Source: Eledone cirrhosa
Lineage: Eukaryota
NCBI GenBank assembly: GCA_964016885.1
Contig: OZ024742.1
Location: 112,840,001-112,904,000 of the forward strand
DNA: 64,000 nucleotides
Direction: 5' to 3'
In this document: in pieces, positions 12,809 through 25,025 of the stretch
Numbering within the stretch: position 1 is the first letter of the stretch
Layout of the letters: every line of letters begins with the position of its first letter
The notes under the pieces: generated by a model
The model's database searches: none
What the model was told of the DNA's origin: nothing
The model's input: the letters and a program-made list of their open reading frames with translations, nothing else
Position numbers and translations under genes: made by a program

Positions 12809-12852
12809 ATAACAATAACAATAATAATAATAATAATAATGATTATAATAAT
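12809..12852. repeat. Imperfect (AAT)n tail
   Basis: AAT/AAC/GAT run between Dong family A and family B copies. Confidence 0.9.
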
Positions 12853-15494
12853 GTTCAAAAATAACCAAAGAAACTTCTACAGAAAAATTGGTAAGTCAAC
12901 AATAACTGCTAAATCAATACCACCCAAGGAGGAAGTGCAATAATTCTGGGGAAATATCTGGGCCGAAGAAAAAGTTCATAACATACATGCCCCATGGACA
13001 GACAGACAAATGAAATATACAGCTCAACTTGAGGAACAAATATGGGAAAATATAACAGTTGAACAGTTGCGCTTGGCTCTAAGAAAAACCATCAAATGGA
13101 AATCCCCAGAAAAAGACAAAATACAAAACTTTTGGATAAATGCCTTCACAGAGACTCATGAGCTGTTAGCCCAACTTTACAATGAAATAGTTAAGGAGCC
13201 AGAAAAGATACCATCATGGCTAGTTAACGGCATTACATTCCTGCTTCCGAAGAATGATGAGACAAACAATTCCAAAAATTACAGACCGATAACTTGCTTG
13301 ACCACAATGTATAACATTTTAACATCAGTCCTAACTGAATACACATATGACCACCTGATAACAGATGACCTATTTCCCATTGAGCAGAAAGGGTGTAAAC
13401 GAAGCTCATATGGCTGAAAGGATCAGCTTCTGGTTAACAAAATGATACTGGAAGATTGTCATAATAGACACAAAAATCTATCGATTGATTGGATAGATTA
13501 TAAAAAAGCATTCGATAGTTTGCCAGACAGTTGGATTGAAAAATGTTTAGAGATTTTCAAAATATCCCCCGTTGTCAGGAGGTTTTTGTCATTCAGTATG
13601 AAGACATGGAAAACGACACTCCTTTTGGTTAGTGAAACAAAATCACTGGAAGCTGGAGAAGTTAATATTAATTGTGGAATTTTTCAGGGTGACTCTTTAT
13701 CACCGCTTTTATTCTGCATCGCACTTATACCATTAAGTAAAATGCTCAATGAAACAAAACATGGATATTGAGTCTATGACAAAACCATTAATCACCTGTT
13801 CTACATGGATGACCTGAAACTATTTGCAAAAAATGATGAACAATTGCAAGGGCTATTATCAACTGTGGAGCAGTTCAGTGATGACATTAAAATGGAGTTT
13901 GGACTAGATAAATGCGCCAAAGCAACGTTCACCAGAGGAAAGCTGCTGAAGAGTTCAGACATTAATCCTGATCGGGGGATCGTGATAAGAGAACTTGATC
14001 AAGAAAAAACTTACAAATATCTAGATGTTTGTGAAGGAGACGGAATCAAGCACTCGACAATGAGGGAAAGGATAAGGAAGGAATGTTACCGCAGAGTAAG
14101 AGCAATCTTAAGAACGGAATCGAATGCAAGGAATAGGATCGATGCCATAAAAACGCTTGCCATACCAGTAGTAACCTACAGTTACAATGTCATCAACTGG
14201 TCAAGCACAGCGATCCGTAGGCTCGATACAAAAATTCGAAAATTCTTAAGCATGCGCAGAATGCATCACCCTAAGGCAGAAATAGATAGAATATATCTCC
14301 CTAGGAAAGAAGGAGGACGTCGGTTAATCCAGATAGACATTGCGTTGAAAACTGCAACAATCGGATTATCTACATATCTAAGGGAATCGCATGATTGGAT
14401 AATCAAACTCGTATTGAAACACGAAAGCATCAAAAGATCATATTCCATTACAAAAGATGCACAAAGATACAGTAATGGACTACAAATTTCAGAAGTCCCA
14501 TTTACTGCTGAAATGGAAAACACAGAAAAAGCAAAGCAGGTAAAAGTAACTGCAAAGAAAGCACTGCTACAGAAACTGGCTAAGAAATGGCAAGAACAGC
14601 CTCTGTATGGAAAATACCCAGAGCGAGCTAACAATCCTGATGTTGAAAAAACTTTAACCCATGAGTGGTTGGCATCCTCTGGACTGAAATCGGAGACTGA
14701 AGGACTGATAATATCAGCACAAGATCAGTGTCTGCCAACAAAAAATTACCAAGCCAACATAATAAAAAATGGATGCAGCCCATTATGCCGTGTATGGAAA
14801 AAACAACCAGAGACCATTGACCATATAATTTCAATGTGCAGTCCTATAGCTCCAACCGAATACCTAAACAGGTATGACAGAGCTGCACAATACATACATT
14901 GGATAACGTGTAAGCATTTTGACCTGCCTTATCAAAAGAATTGGTGGGAGCATCAACCACCACCCATACTTGAAAAAGATCACATCTCAATCTTTTGGAA
15001 CTTTAGCATCTAAACAGACCGAAAAATAGATGTAAATAGACCTGATATAATATTGAAGGACTTTAAAAAGAGGGTATGCCTGCTAATTGATATGTCTGTT
15101 CCAATAGACAAGAATGTATCTATAAAATCATTTGAAAAATTGAGCAAGTATAAGGACCTGGAGATAGTAATTGGAAAATGTGGAAATTGAGAACTAAAAC
15201 AATACCAGTGGTTGTAGGCACTCTGGGAATGATACCTAAGGGGTCTAATGATTACTTATCGCAGATCCCAGGAAACCCGCGTATAGGAGAAATACAAAAG
15301 ATAGTACTAATTGGAACTGCCCATATACTAAGGAAGAATCAGTCAATATAAGTACATCACAAGTCTAAACACTAAAGATGCATGTGTGAATATGTATGTT
15401 CTTCCTTGAACATGGCGGACTTTGTTGTCTCTTGAGGTCACTGGTTGTGACTTGGTGATAACTCGTATGAACATAAAGCAAGATAAATGCAACT

Positions 15495-15496
<2 letters not shown>
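12851..15496 (+). mobile_element. Dong/R4-like family B, 5'-truncated copy with in-frame stops
   Basis: ORFs 13010-13417, 13442-13771 and 13805-15013 continue to a stop near 15351. Motifs WKSP, YRPITCL, EQKGC, DYKKAFD, GIFQGDSLSPLLF, MDDLKL, RKEGGR and NRPDI. The DNA and 3' UTR are clearly different from family A. Ends in (AAT)n 15497-15529. Confidence 0.93.
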
Positions 15497-15529
<33 letters not shown>

Positions 15530-15811
15530 TTCTTTATTAACCACAGGGGTTTACATAAATTAGTCATTAAGGACAGTACAGGACAGAACAGGACGGTACA
15601 AATGGGCATTTTTGCTTGTAAAAAACAAAAACAGAGGATGTAACAAAAAAATAACAATGAAAAGTTGCCTAATACGGGGGAGACTTCCGAGGGACATTCG
15701 TGGAGAAAGCGCACTAAAAAGCCACAGTGACCCTGACCGCCAGGGCAAGTTCCCTCTCCCAGTTTTCCATCTTTAATTTACAGACACATACTCAGACCAT
15801 TCTTGCCTCTC
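15530..15811 (-). mobile_element. Tx1-like family 1 3' end fragment
   Basis: Matches 2609-2905 (3' UTR and last codons), and its tail runs into the (AAT)n at 15497-15529. Confidence 0.9.
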
Positions 15812-15834
15812 GGGTCATTCTCGGGTCATAAAGA

Positions 15835-15870
<36 letters not shown>

Positions 15871-15873
<3 letters not shown>

Positions 15874-16691
15874 CAACTAGCCAATCTCTTCGGAAGAACT
15901 TTCGGGCCAGGGCCTATGGACAACTTCCAGAAATCTCTGGCCTGGCAGTGCTACCGAGGAGCCTTGCCAGTTCGGGATAAACTCTACAGGCATGGAGGTG
16001 CCGTCAGCCGGGCATGTCCGAGATGCGCGCAGGGCGACGAAACCGTCCTGCACGCACTCGTCCAGTGTCCGAAAATTGCTGACTTGTGGGTTTATGTCGA
16101 ACACCTGCTGTCGCGTTTAGGACGGATCCAGCTATCATCTGAGTCTATCGTGAGGATTGCCCCGCCCTCCTTCTTTAGCCGGGAAGGGCAGGCAGTTTTT
16201 ATCTGTCTGGTGGCCATGGCGAAAGAGATAGTATGGTGGACACGTTTGAAAGGGCTGAAGACGAGCACTTACCTCTTCGGTGATGCTCTGATTGACTTTT
16301 TCAAATTTCATTTGAAAAGGAAAATCAGAGTAGAGAAGGAAGTGCTCTCTTCCCAGCATTTTGTTGAAAGATGGGTGAGAGAAGCAAGAATGGCCCGAGT
16401 GAATGGGCCGACTCTGAGTATATATCTGTAAACTAAAGGTGGAAAACTGGGAGAGGGCACTTGCCTTGGTGGTCAGGGTCATTGTGGCTTTTTACTGGGC
16501 TTTCTCCACAAATGTCCCTCCGAAGTCTCCCCCCTATTGGGGAATTTTTCATTGTTATTTTCATTGTTATTTTTGTTACATCCTCTGTTTTTGTTTTTTT
16601 ACACGCAGAAATGCCCATTTGTACCGTCCTGCATTGTCCTGCACTGTCCTTAATGTCTACTTTATGTAAACCCTTGTGGTTAATAAAGAAA

Positions 16692-16693
<2 letters not shown>
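15871..16693 (+). mobile_element. Tx1-like family 1, 5'-truncated copy (ORF2 C-terminus with CCHC finger + 3' UTR)
   Basis: ORF 15916-16431 (LPVRDKL..CPRC...ETVLHALVQC). Reverse complement of 2607-3145. Flanked by (ATT)n at 15839-15873 and 16694-16762. Confidence 0.93.
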
Positions 16694-16762
<69 letters not shown>

Positions 16763-16794
16763 GTTGTTTGAGTCTCAGTCATTGATGTTCCTCA

Positions 16795-17509
16795 AAAAAT
16801 AACAATGAAAAATTCCCCAATACGGGGGAGACTTACGAAGGACATTCGTGGAGAATGCGCATTAAAAAGTCACAGTGACCCTGACCGCCAGGGCAAGTGC
16901 CCTCTCCCAGTTTTCCATCTTTAATTTACAGACACATACTCAGGCCATTCTTGCCTCTCTCACCCACCTTTCAACAAAATGCTGGGAAGTGAGCACTTCC
17001 CTCTCTACCCTGATGTTCCTTTTCAAATGAACTGTCTGGTGGCCATGGCGAAAGAGATAGTATGGTGGACACGTTTGAAAGGGCTGAAGACGAGCACTTA
17101 CCTCTTCGGTGATGCCCTGATTAACATCTTCAAATTTCATTTGAAAAGGAAAATCAGGGTAGAGAGGGAAGTGCTCTGTTCCCAGCATTTTGGTGAAAGA
17201 TGGGTGAGAGGCAAGAATGGCCCGTGTGAATGGGCCTACTCTGAGTATGTGTCTGTAAATTAAAGGTGGAAAACTGGGAGAGGGCACTTGCGCTGGTGGT
17301 CAGGGTCACTGTGGCTTTTTAATGGGCTTTCTCCACGAATGTCCCTCGGAAGTCTCCCCCGTATTGGGGAATTTTTCATTGTTATTTTTGTGTTACATCC
17401 TCTGTTTTTGTTTTTTACACGCAGAAATGCCCATTTGTACCGTGCTGTATTGTCCTGTACTGACCCTAATGTCTACTCTATGTAAACCCTTGTGGTTAAT
17501 AGAGAAAGT
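16795..17509. mobile_element. Fold-back pair of Tx1-like family 1 3' fragments (- 16795-17031, + 17032-17509)
   Basis: Both arms match the Tx1 3' end, and the + arm ends in (ATT)n 17510-17530. Confidence 0.87.
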
Positions 17510-17532
17510 ATTATTATTATTATTATTATTTT

Positions 17533-20530
17533 ATTTATCTTGCTTTATGTTCATACGAGTAATCACGGAGTCACAACCAGTGACCTCAAGAGACAACAAG
17601 AAAAAGCATACGCATACACACACGTATCTTTGGGTGTTTGCACTTGTGATATAATTATATTGACATAATCTTCCTTAGTATATGGGCAGTTCCTATTAGT
17701 ACTATCTTTTGTGTTTCTTCTATCCGCAGGTTTCCTGGTATTTGGGATGATTAACCATTAGACCTCTTACGTATCATTCCTAGAGCCCTACAACCACATT
17801 TTACAATCCCTAATTCCGGGTCTTTATACTTGCTCAAATGCTTTAATAGATCCATTCTTGTCCATATGAACGGTCATATTAATCAGCAGGCATACCCTCT
17901 TTTTAAAGTCATTTAGTATTATATCAGGTACATTTGTATCTATTTGTCGGTCTGTTTGGACGCTAAAGTTCCACACAATTCAGAGGTAGCTTTTTTCAAT
18001 GCGGGAGGTGGCTGATGCCCCAACTAATTCTTTTGATGGGGTATGTCAAAATGCTTACACATTACCTATTATATGTATTGTGTCACTTTGTTATGCCTGA
18101 TAATGAGCTAAAGGATTGCACATTGAAATTATATTATTACTGGAATCTGGTTGTCTTTTTATACACAGGGCATGATGAGTTGCACCCATCTTTTATGATG
18201 TTGGCTTCATGCTATTTTTATTTTTGGCAGACAATGATCTTGTGGTGATATGATCAGTCATTCAGTCTCCGATTTCAGTCCCGATGATGCCAATCACTGA
18301 TGGGTGCACATTTTGTCAACATTAGTATTGTTTACTCTTTCTGTGAATTTTCCGTGCAGTGGCCTTTTTGCCATTTATTATCCAGTTTCCTTAATGCACT
18401 CTCTTTGCAGTTACTTTAACCTATTTTGCTTTTTCTCATTTCAGCAGTAAAGGAACTTCTGTAATGGGTAGTTCATTATTGTATCTAGGTGCATCTTTTG
18501 TAATGGAGTATGATCTTTTGTTGCTCCCATGTTTCAAAACGAGTTTTTTCATCCAATCATGTTATTCCCTTCGATATGTAGATAATCCAATTGTTGAAGT
18601 TTTCAAAGAAATACCTACCTGGATTAATCCACATGCTCCTCGTTTCCTAGTGAGATATATTCTATCAGTTTCTACCTTAGGGTGATGCATTCTGTGCATC
18701 GTTAATAATTTTCTAATTTCCGTGTCCAGTTTACAAAACTCTGTATTGGACTAGTTGAAGATATTGAAACTAAGTTACTACTGGTATGGGAAGTGTGTTT
18801 ATGGGATCGATCCAATTCATCGCATTCAACTGTTTTTAAAATTGCTATTACTCTGCGGTAACATTCCTTCCTTATCCTTTCGCTCATTGTCGAGTGCTTC
18901 ATTCCGTCTCCTTCACAATCACCATGATATTTATCAAAAAACTTGATATTTTGTTCTCCCCTGGGCATTTCCATTTGCTGGATATTCTAAGACTAAACGT
19001 AGATATTCAAATGTTTTAGTTTCCCATGTTTGTACCACAACGTGAACTGTATCTTTCATTTGTCTGTCTATTCATTATGAACTTTCTCTTAGACCCAGAT
19101 CTCTTCCCAGAATTCTTGCACTTCTTGGGTGGTATTTATTTAGCAGTTATTGTTGACTTCCCAATTTTTCTGTAAAAGTACTTTTTGGTTTATTTTAAAC
19201 ATACATTTTTCCTTATTGTATCTGGAGCGTTTTTCAAAGCGCCTTATACGAGCAGCTTTGGCCGACACTTTTTGCTCGATTGTTTGCTTCATCATATCAA
19301 AGTCGCTTGTTGATTTTATATTGTACTTTTCTTTTCAATTTTCTGAGTTTAATTTGTTTATTATTTTCACTTACTTTGTAGTGGGTTAACATTTCTATGT
19401 CAGATCGAAATAGGTTTATTTGACGATTGATGTTTTCTTGCCAAGTAGATATTTTGTGGGTATCCTTTTGTCTTTTTTTGTTTTTTTTTTCATTTTCACA
19501 CCACATAAGTGAGTCATGACTTCAGCCGATACGTAATTAAAATGATTTAGTTCAATAATATTTAATTTATTTGAGTGGTAATAAGGTATTTGAGAGCTAT
19601 GCAAGTCTTGCGTATTATCCTTCGGTTGTGTTAGGAGCCCTGGATCTTAGGGAGGGTGTCTCGTTCATCCGTGTCAGATTCTTTCATTTTCATCTATTCA
19701 ATCATGATTTCATTCTTCAAGCTGGCGAGTTCATTCGCATTCATTTTTTTATCATTGATGATCTCATTGTTTTCCTTTTGAGTTTCACCGTGAGCATGAA
19801 CTTCCTCCACTTTTTCGATCGTTTCTTTAATTTGTTCTGCTGTCAGTGTTTGCTCCGCACCCTGGAATTTAAGTTGTTTCAGTTGACTTCGTTTTCCCTG
19901 ACACATATTTCATTTTCCTCTCGATGGCTTTCGGCTAATTACTTGATCTGATCAATTTGTTTGTCAGTTAGTAACCGCATTTTAACGATGTTTCTTCGAA
20001 TATTAGATGGTTTGTTACTGTCAATATAATCTGTTTCAGGATGTTTCTTTTTTGAGTTGATATATGTTTGTTCTGTATTCGATCTATTTGATGGGCAGTA
20101 CATCGCAGTGTAGAAAGCCTCAAAGACTTCTTTATTGTCTTGACCATTTTCCTCTCTTTTTCTTTGGATTTCTTGGTGGTGAACATGGAGAGCAACCAGT
20201 TGAAGTATTCCGGTTATAGGAGGTCTCAAGCTCCGAATTGAATTGAAGATTTGAACCATTAGCTGATTTTCGTCCCAAGTCTGGTTCCTATCTGGGGAAC
20301 GCGGCCCTTGTTGCGAGGAGTAAAAGCCGATCCAGTATGAGTTTTTATTATTTGATATTGGTTTTATTTTGTTGTGTTTTATCTTTCACCACCAAGGGGT
20401 AATTATTTCGAGTTATCACTCCTAGGAGAGGTGTCAACCAAGACCAGAGGGGCCATCCTCCCATAATACACGGCTATTTTCTGCCGGCCGTCAGCCCTGT
20501 ATTTCTTGGTCACGGGTTTTTTTTAAAATT
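17533..20530 (-). mobile_element. Dong/R4-like family B, old copy with both ends but with the RT core deleted
   Basis: Reverse complement of 12851-15490 over the 3' UTR, endonuclease and thumb regions (GDGMKHSTMSERIRKECYRRV). It also has the N-terminal region and 5' UTR up to a short (ATT)n near 20533, with many stops and indels. Confidence 0.85.
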
Positions 20531-20599
20531 GTTATTATTATAAATGTTTCCCTAATGTGAGTCCTCTGTGGCTATTTAATAAATCATTATTATGATATA

Positions 20600-21330
20600 C
20601 TTGTGACCATTGTTGATGCGGCCTTTGATGTTGTTTTTTGTTGTTGTTGTTGTTGGCTATGCCGGTGGTGCTGGGGATTTTCAGACGGGGTAGGGAGAAT
20701 ACTATTGTTGGTGGGGGACATGGGTGCCATTGTAGCTGTTAAACTTGAGATGTTCAAAATTTTATTTTGACCGGATCCCTACGTCAGTCTGTTTATATCT
20801 TTGTGTAGCTTCTTCCTTTCAAGTTTTGTCTAGTGTTGATGCTACCTTCCCAATCCTTCTCAGCAAATTCAATGTCGTATTTTCTTAAGTTAACAGGTGA
20901 TGTGGGAGTAGTGGTGGTGGTGGCGATGATGGAGTGGCAGCCGCGTAGGCGATGGATAGTGGTGCCGGCGGAGATGCTGTAGTGATACTGTAGTGATGGC
21001 GTTGTTGTTACTGTCGGTTTATCTCGGCTAAATGTTGTAGCAACTACAATGTGATGTGTTTGGTTTTGTCCATTTCCTGTTCAGTAGCTTTGTGGTTGGT
21101 TAATTATATTAAATATACAGGTTGACAAAATAAATATTTTGAGAACACTAGATATACAATAATAATTATTATGCTGGGATTTGTGGTGGTGATGGCGGTG
21201 AAATTGTAGTTATTTGTGTTTACTCTACGCAGAGAGGATTTCTTCCATTTTTATGTCAGCCATAAGATTGGATATTATAGGATCTCACTTCCCGCTGGCG
21301 AAGGCTGATGCCTTTTGTTCTATTTGCCAT
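20600..21330 (-). mobile_element. Probable decayed L1/Tx1-like ORF1 5' remnant
   Basis: GTG/GGT-rich, and the reverse complement resembles 8480-8910. Confidence 0.4.
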
Positions 21331-21439
21331 AAACATTATTATATCACGTTGTTTTAAATATGTAAAAAAAACAAAAAAAACATTATTATTATGGACATTA
21401 TTATTATACGACAACTTCCACTTCATATTACACATCATA

Positions 21440-21940
21440 TAGAGGGTAGGGTGCAAACCTGGATTCGGAGGGGCTCTGATCAATTTAGATCAATCGAAAA
21501 CTACCGCTAGAATCGTCCATCGATACCTGGAGGCTGTACTCAAGGCAGCTGGCTTCGGTCCCATCTTCAGAGCATCGCTGCAATGCACAGCGGCATCTGC
21601 TCGGAGGTCAACGTTAATGGACACCTTTCGAAACCGTTTCAGATCTCCCGATCAGCCCGTCAAGAATGCCATCTTTCCTGCCTTCTGTACGTATTGATTA
21701 TCGAACCTTTGCTGCGGAGTCTGGAGCTGTTGCAGTGATACCAGTCAATCTAGCACACTCAAAGCTGTGTCGGATTATGCGGACGACAATAGCGTGCTGG
21801 TTTGGACACATCAGAAATCATGGTGGTCTGCACCTTATTGGAGTAGTATAAAAGGTGGACGGGAGCGAAACGTTACCCGGAAAAGTCGTTGGGCATGCAG
21901 CTCAGCACCTGATGAGTTAAGACCATACTGTTCAGCAAAT
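21440..21940 (+). mobile_element. Degenerate Tx1-like RT fragment
   Basis: GGALINLDQSK, YLEAVLKAAGFGPIF, VNGHLSKPF, RQECH and SDYADD remnants, homologous to 36510-36990. Confidence 0.8.
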
Positions 21941-21949
21941 TATCGATCA

Positions 21950-24365
21950 CGAGGCAAGAAACAACGACAACAGCAGCAATAGAGAATGCCACACTAATAG
22001 CCTTCATACCATTTCCAGCACCGCAACAATAGCAAACAAATTCATAGGAATAATAGCAACACCATAAACAACATGAATATCCAGAGAAAACGACGGCAGT
22101 GATAAAAACAAAAAAACACAACAAAATCAAAGCAAACGAAAATATCATTTACACCCAAAATAAAAACATCAACAAAAAATGTTTCCGAAATGCCAGTGCA
22201 AACAAAAAAGAAATGTTTGTATTAACACACATAAACAAAAATTCTAAATAGGATAAAGCCAAATAAATCACAACATTCGTACACAAGAAGTCAGCAGTAA
22301 TGGTGCTGAAAAGCGTCTAACAATACGGTATTCGACCGATCAGTGTGTCCACGGACCTTTTGAACCGAAGCATCAACAGTTACTCAAGTAGAACAGTCTT
22401 AAAAGCGGTAATGGCTGATGTGGCCCACATTCAAAGAATAAGCTAGTTCTCCAGCCCAGACTTTCTTTAAAAGCGAAGACGTAGCACAAATATTTTCGGT
22501 GACCTCTCCCTCCATCATTAAAAGCAGCGAAGGAAGTAACTGGTCTGGGGTAAACCAGGAGATTCTGCTTCTGGTGAAGACAGACGAAAATGTCCCGGAT
22601 CAAGTACAGGTGCCCAATGTTGTACACCTATAAATATAGAAAATGCCATCTATGTAGATCCACAAACTACTAAAGCACTCCTTGTCTGAAAAAAGCAGGA
22701 AACACGAGGTCACCGCAACTCCCAGCAGTTTACAACAACTACGGTGAGCCACACTTACCGCAACAACAACTAGTACTACGGCAGCGGTTGAATATCCAAG
22801 AAGACACAGCGCCACAACTAAAATAGTAGCTGTGACATTTACATCATCAACAGTAGCAGCAGATGCAACACCATTCTTACCAACAACAGTGGCAACGCCC
22901 ATGGAGGACATGTCTATCCTCGACATCACTTAGATGGATACGGATTGTGAAGAAGGTAAGCTGTGGAAAGTCTTTGGTTACAAGAAGAAAAAAAGCACAA
23001 CACTACAATCATCTGTAAAACTATTACAATGCCGACATACATACAGCTCATGCATATCATATCACAGAAGTATCAAACACCGAATTAAAAACAAAATTCC
23101 CCAATGCAAATAGGGACATACGAACCACATTATCAAAAAGGATATACATCGATGTCATTGTGCAGGTGTGCTCATCTGGCAAGTGGGAGTGGGGGATCAC
23201 ACACTCCTTCACATGAACATGGTAAGTAATCCTTTCTAAATTTATTTAACATGGCTTTCTTCTGGTTAGGCAGTAGAAATGCACGTAGGGCCGGAATTGT
23301 CATAGAACCAGGGTCACCTGCTCAACGACCTCAGGTCACTGAACATAGATGTGATGGCCATCAACGATACCAGATTATCCGATGCACGAGCCGTAGCACC
23401 CATTTCCGGTGGCTATAAGATGTATGAATCTCCAAGACTTCTGGGATATGGAAGTGAAGTGAGTGCGTCATTTTCGATCTCACGATACGGCCCATCTTCC
23501 AGAGGCTAAGTTGGTGGTACTGGACGTGACCAGCAGCGAAGAGCATGCTTTTAGGCTAGTGGCCGTCTATGCCCATATATGCACTGGAGAGTCTCATTAC
23601 TTAAAGCGGCTGGATACATTCTAGTAACGGTCGGCTCATGAGTGCTGTTTTGACGACTGGATCAGCATCTTAGTGCCACTCTTGGCATGTGTGGAGCTAA
23701 CATATAGGGGATAAGGGTCTAAATATCTCAGAATCTTGTTCATACACTTCCAAATGGCACCGGTGAGATTTCTCGAATATGCCAATGTTGATATGGTCAA
23801 ACCACATTCGCTCATCCGGATTGTATTTAGATAGATAAAAGTGAAGGGAATTTGTTTGCGCTAGCGTACGGTTTCCATAATATGAAAGTAGATCACTAAC
23901 AAATTTGTTATCTCTACAGTCGACTTTAATAGGCTTCATAGACAGGGACCTGGTCACTGGATGCTGAACGCATCGTTCTCCGCTAGCAAATGCTTTAAAA
24001 ACCGAATTACTGTTTTTTAGGTGGGCATTACAATTCCGTTCGTCAACAATAGATCGTGGTTCACCCTATAAAGGGCAATTTGAGTAGAAACAATATCGTT
24101 TAGTAAAGGTTTAGCGAGATGGAAAACTAGAAAAGGCTTGGAAGGCAGCATTTGCCGTTCCACCATGATTTGTGCCTTCTGGTACAAACTGAAAAGTTAG
24201 TTAGGGCTTCGCCGGGGATGAAAGGTATTATCGTGAAACAGAAGAGGCGCGTCTACCACACCATCTCTTTCGCCATACCTACGAGGCAGATAAAAACTGC
24301 CTATCCCTGTAGATTAAATCCTTGTCAACGAAATTATAATATATATGCTCATAAATAAATAAACT
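21950..24365 (+). mobile_element. Highly degenerate Tx1-like element (ORF1 and APE start; most of ORF2 missing)
   Basis: 23250-24130 aligns by eye with the APE region (LLNDLRSLNIDVMAI, LVVLDVTS, FRLVAVYAP, GPGHW.LNAS). The upstream part is ORF1-like, and an AATAAA-rich end lies near 24352-24363. Confidence 0.65.
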
Positions 24366-24448
24366 GTATATATTGTCTTTACACACAGACCCAGACTCAC
24401 ACATACACACACGCGCACGCACACACAAACACACACACATATATATAT

Positions 24449-24519
<71 letters not shown>

Positions 24520-24521
<2 letters not shown>

Positions 24522-24936
24522 TGGTTACACAACAGTTAGTTCACTCTACCGAGAACATTTGTTTCACCTAGCGGATCCTCAGCTCGTAATGGAGATGGTT
24601 ATACGGAACAGGAAAGACCACCGTAGTAACGCGCATGCGCATATACCGGTCACTTCACACAAGCAATACTAAAATGAGTGCGAGAGGTGTAAGGAGATAA
24701 CACCACTCGCACGCATTTTAGGTTTGCCTGTGTGAAGTGACCAGATTCTGCGCATGCGCGTTCGTACGGTTGTCCTTCCTGTTCCGTATAACCATGTCCA
24801 TTACGAGCTGAGGATCCGCTAAGGTGAAACAATTGTTCTCCGTATGATGAACTAACTGTTGTGTAACCACTCCTACCTAACTCGTCCCATGGACTGAGTG
24901 CTCTGCCACTACGGATATTACCTTCTAGTGTTCTAC

Positions 24937-24940
<4 letters not shown>
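24520..24940. mobile_element. Fold-back (palindromic) hammerhead-bearing insert in (TA)n; probable Penelope-like pseudo-LTR inversion
   Basis: Imperfect inverted repeat 24520-24871 centred near 24695, then a unique tail to 24940, with (TA)n on both sides. Confidence 0.8.
24805..24840 (+). ncRNA. Minimal type I hammerhead ribozyme (mirror copy on - strand 24551-24585)
   Basis: gag-CTGAGGA-tccgctaaggt-GAAAC-aatt-GTT-ctc: stem I gag/ctc, conserved core, palindromic minimal stem III. Confidence 0.75.

Positions 24941-25025
<85 letters not shown>

Noticed and set aside
20250-20530. HDV-like ribozyme in the Dong family B 5' region (minus strand has tcctcgc and gctaat words)
   Set aside because: I could not build consistent P1/P2/P3/P1.1 pairings by eye, and the copy is heavily decayed.
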